A DNA stretch of 64,000 nt from Epiperipatus broadwayi (lineage: Eukaryota; Animalia; Onychophora). The stretch covers positions 6,448,001-6,512,000 of the forward strand of contig JAQFVV010000010.1 in the NCBI GenBank assembly GCA_028023455.1, in the 5' to 3' direction. A program made the translations under genes and the position numbers. Of the stretch, positions 25,481-37,870 are shown piece by piece (the first letter of the stretch is position 1; each line of letters opens with the position of its first letter). The notes beneath the pieces are model-generated. The model did no database searches, was not told the DNA's origin, and saw nothing but the letters and a program-made list of their open reading frames with translations.

Positions 25481-28400
25481 TGTACCGGGCACACACGCCG
25501 TTACATTATTTATTTTAAAAATTAGACATTGAAAAGTTTGCAAATAAAAACTTTCGTAAGAAATAAAAATTGAAAGTTAAAAGTCATGTAAACATATATA
25601 TATAAAATCGCACAGATGAAAAATTACTAAAAGAAAACTTAAAAAAAAAGAAAAAGTTTTAAAACTAAATTTTCAGCAAAAACTTAAAAGATTTAAAGAT
25701 AAAAATATATCTTTAAGAATATACAATAAATTAATTAATGCTATCGTAAAATGGAAATGATTGTTTTAATTAGTTAAATGTAAGCTAGCCCTTTGGGCAT
25801 TGCAGAAATATATAAGTAAAGGTCAGATAGGAGAGAAAAAACAATAGAGCCAATAAAAGAAATCCCTCAGGAAACAGACCAGAACGAAAAGATCATCACC
25901 ATCATCATGATGTAATGTCCACTGAATCCGCAAAATTAATATAAAAAGAAAAAATTTGGAAATAAATTTTAGTGAGTGAGGAAAAATTAAGAGAAGACAG
26001 AGATGTGTTTAAGTCAGAGAGTTGGAGGTGAAGGGATTGAAAGACGCACTTTACATTCCTTCAGTTGTTATAAAAAAAAAATGAAACATCATTTTTCCTA
26101 TATTGAGGACCACATGATCATCGGGGAATTTAACGCTGGATTCCAAACAGCAAGCAACTGTAAAGGATGAACTTTTCTAAAACAGTAAGAATTATATAAC
26201 TAATGAACATTTCCAAAATTGTAAGAACGTTATGAACATTTTCAAAACAATAACTCTTAAATTCTAAACCTTTCAGTAAATAATACAAATAAAATCCTAT
26301 CTGACCAACATAAATTAATATTAATAATGTTATTTGATGTATTTTTTTTTTATTTAAAATCATTTCCATTTTTTTTTTTTGTTCTTTTAAGTTTTATGAT
26401 TTTTGCTTTACGTTAAACTAAACTTAAGTCGGGCATGAATGGTTGCATAGATTTATAAAGTTATGTTAGTTTAAGGGAGGGTAATCTTAGGTTATTTGTT
26501 TCGTAGTTAAATTGGGTCAATGGATTGGATATATTGGTGTAATTAGTAGATGTAGTATGAGATTTGCTATGGGCAGGATCGTATCATACGCCGCACACCC
26601 CCTTTTTGCCTATGGAATGGGACAGTAAGACGGAAAACGCAGTCCCTACCTATGGAGTTTTTTTTTTATTGCTCTTCTCGTCAGACAGATGTAATATTCC
26701 TGTCTGTACGAGAGTCAATGTCTTCTATTAACCATGCTGTTCAGATGTGCATTCCTGATGGTGTGGTATTTTGTGCTGTCGTTATCATACTGCATTGAAT
26801 ACATCGATATATCAGGTGGATTGACGTTGGTTTGGCTGCATCCTTTTGGCCTAAGGTTAAATCAGGGATAAAATATTTTTCTTTTCAAATGCAATCTATG
26901 TAGTTTATTCATACTCGACACTTTAATAAAATATTAAATTCATCTGTGCGAACTTCAAAAATAAAAGTTAAAAAAACGTAGTTAAATGCTAAAGTAAACA
27001 TACTAAAATAATAATGCTAAATTTTATATATATGTGCATAAATAAATGTTTGTGTCTTAATTACTGGCAGTGGCTTATTTTATTTTTATTTTAATATTGG
27101 AAATATTATTAGATAAGAATTTATACAAATAAAATATAAATCTCTTCTGTTCCACTGAGCTAGTGGCATTGGGCTAACGGTCTGAATAAAAATATATGTA
27201 AAATAAGATCTTAACAGCGCGTATCTGCCTACTCTATAAATTTTCTAGGTTCAAATGTCCTAGTGTAGATACGGTAAGACTCTTAGCTTCGATCTTCTCC
27301 CGATTGTTATAATTGGACTCCCAACGTGAGTCGATGTTAAATAAACCACGATTATCCTGAGTAAATTTCTTTTGTCAAAATGAAATATTTTTATCTATTT
27401 ACATAAAACCGTATACTTTAAATCTTATAAAAGCACTGCCAGAAAGAAATAGCACATATATTAAAAACAGGAAAGAAAAGATATTAATAATTTTAAAACT
27501 AATTTTTTTTAAAAAAAAAAAGTCAAAAGGTTGCATTTAATATGTTTCATTTTTTTTTAAATGTATATAGTTGCACACAACACGTAAGTTTATGATTGTA
27601 AATGTGATAACTTACGATGAGTACGTTTTGGGATTTACTTCACTGTAACCCTATTTAAGCATTTCAATTAATCATAAATAAGTTGGTGGTATATATAATT
27701 GTGCTGCAAATATACACGTATAAACCCATTATCTTGTGAAACATATTTACTTCAATGCAACCTCCTTTAAATAAATAATTTGCTTGTCATGCCGTGTGTC
27801 TAAAAATGAAATATAGAGAAAATAGAATTCTTGGGGGGAGGAGGCGTAAACTTAGATGGTTCATAGGAAAACGATGGTCAAATTTTTTTTCTCTTTTTTG
27901 TATATAGTCTTTTTGTAAAATTACTAACTGAATGTTTTTGTAAATGTCTTCGTTAATCATGTACCATAATTACTAACCCTAAGTAAAATTTTTTTTTTTT
28001 GTTTATTTTTTTTTAAGCAAGTTTACTGATATGTAACGGGCATACACGCCGTTACATTATTTATTTTAAAAATTAGATATTGAAAAGTTCGCAAATAAAA
28101 ACTTTCGTAAGAAATAAAAATTGAAAGTTAAAAGTCATGTAAACGTATATATATAAAATTGCACAGATGAAAAATTACTAAAAGAAAACTTAAAAAAAAG
28201 AAAAAGTTTTAAGACTAAATTTTCAGCAAAAACTTAAAAGATTTAAAGATAAAAATATATCTTTAAGAATATACAATAAATTAATTAATGCTATCGTAAA
28301 ATGGAAATGATTGTTTTAATTAGTTAAATGTAAGCTAGCCCTTGGGCATTGCAGAAATGTATAAGTAAAGGTCAGATAGGAGAGAAAAAACAATAGAAAC

Positions 28401-29839
28401 TAGTAGCCAATAAAAGAAATCCCTCAGGAAACGGACCAGAACGAAAAGACCATCACCATCGTCATGACGTAATGTCCACTGAACCCGCAAAATTAATATA
28501 AAAAGAAAAAGTTTGGAAATAAATTTTAGTGAGTGAAGAAAAATTAAGAGAAGACAGAGATGTGTTTAAGTCGGCGAGTTGGAGGTGAAGGGACTGAAAG
28601 ATGCACTTTCAATTCCTTCAGTTGTTATAAAAAAAAAATGAAACATCGTTTTTCCTATACTGAGGACCACACGATCATCGGGGCTGGATTCCAAATGGCA
28701 AGCAATTGTAAAGAAATGAACTTTTCTAAAACAGTAAGAACTATATAACTAATGAACATTTCCAAAATTGTAAGAACTTTATGAACATTTTCAAAACAAT
28801 AACTCTAAATTCTAAATCTTTCAGTAAATAATACAAATATAATCCTATCTGACCAACATAAATTAATATTAATAATGTTATTTGATGTATTTTTTTTTAT
28901 TTAAAATCATTTCCATTTTTTTTTTTTGTTCTTTTAAGTTTTATGATTTTTGTTTTTCGTTAAACTAAACTTAAGTCGGGCGTGAATGGCTGCATAGATT
29001 TATAAAGTTATGTTAGTTTAAGGGAGGGTAATCTTAGGTTATTTGTTTCGTAGTTAAATTGGGTCAATGGATTGGATATATTGGCGTAATTAGTAGATGT
29101 AGTATGAGATTTGCTATGGGCAGGTTCGTATCATATGCCGCACACCCCCTTTTTGCCTATGGAATGGGATAGTAAGACGGAAAACGCAGTCCCTTCCTAT
29201 GGAGTTTTTTTTAAATTGCTCTTCTCGTCAGACAGATGTAATATTCCTGTCTGTACGAAAGTCAATGTCTTTTATTAACCATGCTGTTCAGATGTGCATT
29301 CCTGACGGTGTGGTATTTTGTGCTGTCATTATCATACTGCATTGAATACATCGATATAACAGGTGGATTGACGTTGGTTTGGCTGCAAACTTTTGGCCTA
29401 AGGTTAAATCAGGGATAAAATATTTTTCGTTTCAAATGCAATCTATGTAGTTTATTCATACTTGACACTTTAATAAAATATTAAATTCATCTGTGGGAAC
29501 TTCAAAAATAAAAGTTAAAAAAATGTAGTTAAATGTTAAAGTAAACATACTAAAATAATAATGCTAAATTTTATATATATGTGCGTAAATAAATGTTTGT
29601 GTCTTAATTACTGGCAGTGGCTTATTTTATTTTTATTTTAATATTGGAAATATTATTAGATAAGAATTTATACAAATAAAATATAAATCTCTGCTGTTCC
29701 ACTGAGCTAGTGGCATTGGGCTAACGGTCGGAATAAAAATATATGTAAAATAAGATCTTAACAGCGCATATCTCCTAGTGATGCTCTGTAGTGCAGATAC
29801 GGTAAGACTGTTAGCTTCGATCTTCTCCCAATCATTATA
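25481..29839 (+). mobile_element. Non-coding (internally deleted) LTR retrotransposon
   Basis: Direct repeats 25481-27311 and 28032-29839 with TGT...TTATA termini; 4-bp TSD ATAG at 25477-25480 and 29840-29843; PBS follows the 5' LTR; 720-bp interior without a long ORF. Confidence 0.85.
27314..27332 (+). other. Degenerate tRNA-Lys(CTT) primer-binding site
   Basis: TGGACTCCCAACGTGAGTC vs canonical TGGCGCCCAACGTGGGGC, 2 nt after the LTR end. Confidence 0.7.
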
Positions 29840-32800
29840 ATAGAGAGGGCTATCCAGAACAATAACAGCCAGAAAAGAATCTTAAATCAGCCTATATCTT
29901 TTAATGTCACCTGATTTTGAAATGATTGCTAATAATTTTACAGAACAGAAAAATTTTACCCAATTATAAGTATAGCAAATTGAAAGACATCATATATGTA
30001 ATGATAAATAATATATTTATACTGAATATATGTAAAGTCGAATTATAATCACTAAGTATATTTAATTAATAGTTGAATTGCTCTCTCACTAGTATCACTA
30101 TTATAATCAATTGCTTTTTATTATAATAGAAAAATGATAACTCTTTCTTTATCTCTCTCTCTCTCTATATATATATATATTGAAGCAGTCGATGTCTAAT
30201 CACATCAAGCTTCATGCTTCGCCAGTCATACTAACCTCCTGTGGGGGCTGCAATTCAGACCTAATCACAGATATATGCCATTTCACCCATAAAAATATTT
30301 AGTAAAATAAAACAGTGGTGTGCGTGGTATGGATATATATATGAAGCAATAATCTTAGTAATATTATTGCTAAAAATTAGACATTTTCTTTAAATAGTTT
30401 TAACTACATATATATATGTATTTTAATAAAAATGTTGGAATTTAAAAACTAAAAGAAAAATGGGGAGGGCTCAAAATACTTTTGAAATCATTAATAGGCT
30501 GAAATGATTTTTATCTGTAGTCAGATTATTTTCACTAATTAGAACAAAAATTTAATTAAAATTATGAGGAATCTTTTTGTTAGTTCATTTGCAATTCTTT
30601 ACAAATATCTAAAAAGGTATTTCAAGCCTTATCTTTAAAAATTTTTTTTATTAATTAAATATTTTTAAAATTAAAATCAAGAGATTACAGGGATAGCTGT
30701 GGGCTAGTGAAATCACATTCTTGGTGGGATTATAAATGTATAAAAGAGCCCATAGAAGAAAAAAAGATAGTTAATAAATTCTTTCATTTTGTTTGAATCA
30801 GTAGGTAAGTTTTCAGAGAAAGTGATTCAAGAGATTGTCAAATTTTAAGAACTTAACCCCAGTTTGGTGCTATGAACTTTGAGTAGAAGAAATCCAGCGC
30901 CTTTCTCCTTTCTCAGAGACTGTTTGCCTGCTACTACCATGTTCAATCCATCTGACTGGCTTACACTGTATCTGCCTGCTATGCTGTGCTTTTCTGAGGT
31001 AACCTCATTCCATGTGGAGCTGCTTTTAATATAAAGTACTCTAATCTATGTATCTAAGATATAATGAAAATCTTATGTTTTATTTGTGTATTAATTCATA
31101 AGTTTCTATAATTATGCTCTTAAACTCTCTTTCTCTCTGTAATCCCATACTAATATAATGTAATTCTAACTATGCCCTTTCACGCTTATTTATGTTATAT
31201 AGCTTTGTGCGGCTCCATTAAATATTTAACTTATTTTGTTTAATATATATATAATTTATTTTCTTTAATATGCCAATAATACCCAAACTCACGAGTCTGA
31301 TAAAAAAAAGAAAATAATTGTTTAATTTGGAAAGAGGCGGGGTCTTCATTTAAAATCTATCAATAAAGTTTTGTTTATTTAAAATAGAAATTGCTTGCCA
31401 GTTTGGTTTCATTTTAAATTCTTGAAGTTTAATTGAAATCTTTTGCTGTGGATGAAGGATGCTCAATTTTACTGCTTTGAATTTGTCTTTAAAAATTTCA
31501 TTTTAAAAGATCGCTAACTTTATAATTAGGATCATCCCTTCTTTGCTTGAAGGGCTAATCCTAGCAGTTAATGTGTATATGGGAATCAAAATTAAATATA
31601 AATTTTGTTAGTTTAATGTTATAAGTAAAAGAGTTATTCATTATAATTTGTTCAATGACTCATAACTAAAACATATCATTGCGCATAGGTTAGATCATTT
31701 CCAAGCTTTAAAATAATATTTATTGATTATATTCATATCTAATAGTGATGCTGGCATATATTTTCTTTTATTATGATATTTTACCATTTTCATTTCATTG
31801 TCATGTGGGAACTTCGGAAGTCCAAAGCTACATATGTATCTGTCTCCAAATCGTTCGTAATCAGAAATACGCTACTTTCTGTGGAACGCAAGGTGTGAGG
31901 TTTTGATAGTGCTGCGGATATCTGTATAGCCAGCTCTGGGCATTCAAACCCTCTTCTCCATTCGATATTGTTTCTGCTAGAAGGTGATGTACCAAACCTA
32001 AGTTCGTTTCAAATATTCTTTTAAAATGATAAAATATCCAAAACTGCCATGAAGACCAGATTTCTTTATTGTATGCTAGTACCGTTACTCTTCTCATTAA
32101 TTTGATTACCGTCTGTCTAACCTTAGTTAGTCGCAATGAAGTGTTGAAAATAATGGCTCATTTCGTAAAATACATTCAGTTCGTTAAATTAAACTGCTTT
32201 CATTTAAAATCGTTATCGATTCCCATAGACGTAAATCAATTTGTATTAATGATTGTAAAATTTATTCTCATAAATGTAGCGCATTGTTTGTTTCTTATGT
32301 ATATGTTCCAAAGATGTCTTTTCCAAACAATACCAATAAAAACATATACACCTGGGTCTCGTTTTATGCGGATTTTTTCAATGCGATTTTGAAGTTATGC
32401 GATTCATGTTTCTTCTTAATATCTTTTTATGCGGTTTTCTTTTATGCGATAAAGAAGTTCATATTCACTATATTTATTAGATATCAAAAAATATAAATTA
32501 TTAATAACTTATTTTGACTTGAAATACTTTTTTTTTTTGCAAAAATAGAAGGTTATATTAGCAGCTAATGTGAATATGGCCTGAAGCTGTTTAGACAACT
32601 TAGCTTCTACTAAACAATCTATTTATACTTACAAGTATAAATGGATGGTGTCAAAGTTGTGAGTGGAGGAAGTTTGACAATGGTAAATGAAAATGTAACA
32701 ATAAATGATTCTTTGCGGATTTTGATGTTACCATAAAATTAGAAAATTGCACAGATTTTTCCACTCAGATGTGGAACATTTAACAGGATGTTGATTGCAA

Positions 32801-33884
32801 CTTACATTAAAGAACATAACCTAGACATTCCATCTTCACATCCAACAATTATTAACAGATGTTAAACTGACAGGTTAGATTCTATTAATGTTAGCATTAG
32901 CTTTAATCATTTGGCAATCAGATAAATAAACAATACATCATTAAGATTGTTGTGTAATGATTTAAAGATTAATATTTAATTTTACATTTACTTTGCCAAA
33001 CTATTTATCTTTCACTCTAATAATACTCACCTGCTGAATGTCTGCTGATAAGTTCACTATAGTAGAGATATCTTTATACAATTAACAGGTATTGACGATA
33101 TTTATATTATATACATGATAGTATATACTAGAGATAGTTGAAAATAACTGATTCCCAATTGTATCAAATATAAAATCTCAATGCTGTGATCATTACATGC
33201 CAATATCACTGCAAGCAATTTAAAATCCTTAAACATATAGTATTGTTGGTCTTAAAATCATTTATCAAACACTGTCTGTAATTTTAAATGGAATTCTGCA
33301 TTACCTGACCACATAATACTATGCTATTCATAATTTGAATAAAGAGATTATTTTTTTAATTAATAAAAAAATCATATGATCCCTCCGTGTTTTGAAGATA
33401 AAGGAAAACCTTGTACTCAACACTTATGGAAGCATAATGCTATTTCACCGATGAAGAAAGCAACATCATTTTATAATTTTTTTTTAACAGTCAGAGTATC
33501 TATCAATCATTTGCCAGAATAAATTGAGATCTTTATTATCTTGATAACCAATGATTTATTAATGCTGTATCATCAATTTTATGAACCCCCCCCCCCTCTA
33601 AGCCTATTTTAATTAAAATTTCCCAGATTCAGTCTTCCCAAATTCAATCCTCTGATTGTGAGACCAGAATGTATCAATCACACCATGAAACCTTACAAGC
33701 TACAACAGGCTTTATTCTAATCAATAACTGAATAAATGTTGACAAAGTAGTAACATCAATTATTAAAAAATAAAAGCATAAAAAGCAATGAAATTATTAT
33801 GTTACATAATAATACAACTTTAAATCTTTTAATATTGCATCAGAACAATTACCATAATTATATAAAAGAACAAAAAACATATAC

Positions 33885-34043
33885 CTATAGACTGTTCTCT
33901 TTCTCTCATTGTTTGATCAACAAACAATTTCGTTTTTTTAGGTATATTAAGTTTAATACTCTGGGCAACAGGTGGTCCAATGCTTGTTGCTTTTTCTTCA
34001 AACTGAGTGGTCCTTTTTAAAATCTTAACAAGCAAACTTCCAT
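33885..34043 (-). CDS. BBS1: BBS1 exon ([17 protein letters not shown]...[22 protein letters not shown])
   Basis: tttgcag acceptor, GTATAT donor, 159 nt; matches BBS1 KILKRT...[20 protein letters not shown]. Confidence 0.95.
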
Positions 34044-34799
34044 CTGCAAATATATATTTAATTTTATTTTAAAAATTACAAATCCAAGTTCATACAGTAT
34101 TTTACTTAATGTTTAAGAAAAAAAAACCATTATCATTATACGCACAACAAAGCAATAAGAGTACCATGTCTATTAATGAGAAGTATATATCCTATCGTAA
34201 ACAAATGAAAACAGTATGCCAAAAATCTTTTCTATATGCTTCAAATATGATAAGCAACTTGACAATGATTTATTTTTTTCCACTGATTTCTAGCATCTGA
34301 TATAAATACTACCTACTAAAGTGATCTGGTTTGAACTTTAGATCCTTAAAATATATAAAGTTCTTGAAGTGATCATTATAAAACATTACCAAAAAAAAAA
34401 AATCTTATTTTTTTATAACTGATGCAAATAATTATATAAATATCTGAAATGAAATATAAAAAAAGGGGAATAGGCAATAGTTAAGGCAGATAAAATGAAA
34501 TAGATTAAGGAAAGCAAATAACTTGATTAAAAGAAAGCATGAACATACAATGTGAAAAAAAAAAGAGTTGTATGGTGAAAGCAAGAAATACATAATCAAA
34601 TGAAAGTATATAATAAAGTAAAATAGTAAAGAAAGAAAAAGAAAAGAGTAAAAATGAATAGTTGAAAACTAAAATAAATAATCACAAGATGAAATTGAAA
34701 TTTGAATTGACTACAGACTTTAACAATAAAATTTAATAGAGAGAAATTTATTACCTCAATCTTCTATGTATATAAACATAAAGGAATTAATAGAGCTGA

Positions 34800-36330
34800 A
34801 TATTTTAAAATATATCTATCTGCTACTACACAACCAAGAATGTTTGTGAACACAAAACTACATAAACAAGGAGTGCCTTTAAGATTAATGCTGAATTTTG
34901 GTGGGGTCCATTATTTTAATGCATCCAAATTGGTGAATCAATGTTGGATTGACTCCTTGGGTTTTGGCACCTACACAATAAAGTCATCTTTTGAATTTGT
35001 TGACAAAATTAAAGTTGCAGAAATAAAGAATTTAAAATCACACCAGTGGATATTGCAGAGCTTTATGGTTTTATCGATAGAAAACTGTCGATTAGGATAA
35101 TTGAGGATGAATTGAAAAATAGTGATTGTCCATCTTCTTAGATAGACTTTATTATAGATTCCTTAAAATGGCTGGATGTAAATATCCTAGCAATATTTAA
35201 AGACAAATGGCTCAAAATGAATGACAGTTGGCCTATGGATCTTTCTATTAATGGAATTGTATCCAGAATTGTATTTTACTATTTTGAACAGCAGGTGACT
35301 CCAAGATTCCAAGCTCTAAAACCAAGAACAATTTACACCAGATATGTTGACGACATATTCATTGTGGTACCAAAGAATATAATAACGGGTATTTAAAATT
35401 AACTACAAACACTCTCAGATTTGAATAAAATGCGATTAATTACCTGGATTTAAAAATTCAGAGAGAACTCAGTGCACTCAACTACTGCATGACAATCAAA
35501 CCTCTGCACATAAGAGGTCACACACACCTACTGTCAAGATCTCCCAGTTCACACAAATTTGTTGGACTTTCAGCATTCTTGTTTCAAAACCATCACTTAT
35601 GCAAATTTAAAGCTAACAAAAAAAAAACAACATCTCTTGCTATGTCAGAGATTTGATAAGTGTAGGATTCAACCATAGAACAATTGCCAATAGAATTGAG
35701 CTCTTCTACAAAAACGTAACCCAGAATAACAACAAAGAAGATAAACAACACATAAGTTTACCATACATCCCCAGCATGGCGAAAAAATTTGTCAAAAAAT
35801 TACATAATGAATTTAAATTAGGATTTAGAATTCCATCAAACACTAACAGAATAATTAGCACTAAGGATAGTATAAACCTAGAATCAACACCACAGGTGGT
35901 ACACAAGATTGCATGCCCTAAAGCAGGATGCAGTGCAATATATTACAGTGCAACTTGAGTCACAGTCAGTAACAGATTGTCTCAGCATAAGTATGCATAT
36001 AACAGATTGCTAAACAAAAACGTGGTTAATCATGTATTTGAATTCTCCAGTGCTGAGATAGTGTGTATAGAGAAAAACAATGCCAAAAGGAAAATCAAGA
36101 AGGCTTACTTCATAGCTAGTGACATAAATGCTATAGAGAGAAAAGACACAAGTTTCGCAATTTCAAAAAAATGGATGATCTGAATTGTTTTGCATAAATT
36201 TGCATACATTGAGTTTAATTCATATTAAGGCTATGAATATGGAGTAAACAGGCTCTGAATGCCCTTAGCCAATATTAAAATTCAGAATTTAGTAATTTCG
36301 CCTTTATAAGTTGAAGCGTATTGTATTAAA
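34800..36330 (+). mobile_element. Decayed Penelope/Poseidon-type element
   Basis: KLHKQGVPLRL, YTRYVDDIFIVV, VVHKIACPKAGCSAIYY, NHVFEF...KRKIK; many stops. Degenerate A3:U8 hammerhead at 36229-36270. Confidence 0.88.
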
Positions 36331-37699
36331 AATGCAAACAGCAAAAAATATGAAGTCCATGTAGAAAAAGATTGCAGAAAAAATAGAACATCTAATATAT
36401 ATATATTCAAAAAATTTCAGCCAGAATAACATGAAAGGGGAAATAAAAAATCAAAAGAATATCTCAGATAATAGATGTCATTCAGAACAATATGAAATAA
36501 CTGAAAGAAATGTCTCAGAAGATAGATAATAAGATAAAGAAAATAAAAGAAGAAATGAAAGGCCTAAAAAAGAATTGACTCAAAAAAATGCAATATAATA
36601 AAGAAGAACGAAAGAGCAAATACAAATCATTTCATTACAAATCCAAGAAGTAATTAACAAAAATAAAGAAAAAATCCAAGACATTAAATAGAAAAATTGG
36701 GAGACAATCAATAAAATACAGGGGAAAAATATTGTAACCAAAAATTCTACAATTACTAACTGTGACATTCATAGTTTGTGTTTGTTCATATGTATATAAA
36801 TCAGTGATTGTTTTATCAACACTTATGAAACAGTTGATGAGACTCTCATTGTCTTTAGGAAGACCAAATCCAGCTAGCTTCATTGTTGAATCTTGAAAAA
36901 TAGTTTGGAACCTTATATGAATTCCTCTTTTTACACCAATAATTCTTCACTTATAGATTCTTGATTGACTATCTAAAAAAAGGACCTTGATTTGAGACAA
37001 ATCTTACATAATAAAATTATATATTCAATTTTCTTAATAACTTTCTATACATTTTCTGTGCAGAAGAGAGAAGTGTAAAAGAATAGGAAACCACTACAAA
37101 AAAATAGAACTGAGTGTGGCAGTAATATTTTTTATGGTAATATTTTATTGAGTCTCCAGAAGTAAAGTGTGGGAACTTTTTCTCTAAATAGGCAACTATT
37201 AAAAAAGCTGTTCATAAAGTACTTGCATCACAACCACTTGCGATTCCAGATAGCTTTCCACAAGAATATTATTCCTAAAAATTCATTTTGATCTAATTTT
37301 AGATAAATGAAAAAAATAAATTAGGCTATGGTCCAAAGTTTTTCTAAATAGCATGGGATAGGATTGTGATTCAATTTATTATCACAAAGGTTATATTCAA
37401 ATTACAAAATGTTTCTCTATTGTTTAAATAAAAAACTGAGCATATTCTCTAATTCCTAATATAATGAAGACTCAAGCCCCCCCCCATCCCCCCCAGCCTA
37501 ATCTTTTCATATTCTTACTGGGAAACTTTTCTATTTTAAAAAAGGATCTCTTTTCAGAAATCAAAGCAATATGATTAGCATAGAGAAATATTCTGCATTC
37601 TGTTTCTGGAAAATCATTGATGAATATATTAAATAAAATGAAAAAATTGAAACCTGAGATGCATTGTTTGATAAATTTTTATAATTAATATGATCAACA

Positions 37700-37870
37700 T
37701 TTAGTGTCATTTTTAATGTTTCCGTTAGAGTATTTTGGCAAATAATTTAATGGTTTTCCTGCATTTAAGAATTTTTTTAAGACCCTTTTTTTCCAAATAA
37801 AATCATAAACTGAGATTAGATCAATAAAGGTAGCATTCGTTTTTATTTTATAAGCATTTTTCAATATGAA
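37700..37870 (-). pseudogene. LINE RT fragment
   Basis: ATFIDLISVYDFIW resembles the RT motif FIDL..AYD.VW. Confidence 0.4.

Noticed and set aside
26130-28748. ORFs 26130..26369 and 28560..28748
   Set aside because: They lie within LTR sequence, have no known motifs, and are not conserved as ORFs between the two LTRs.
31790-32460. Coding region or Tigger/pogo element (ORF-track 31861..32496; TIR-like tacacctgggtctcg at about 32349)
   Set aside because: No recognisable protein motif, and no partner TIR found.
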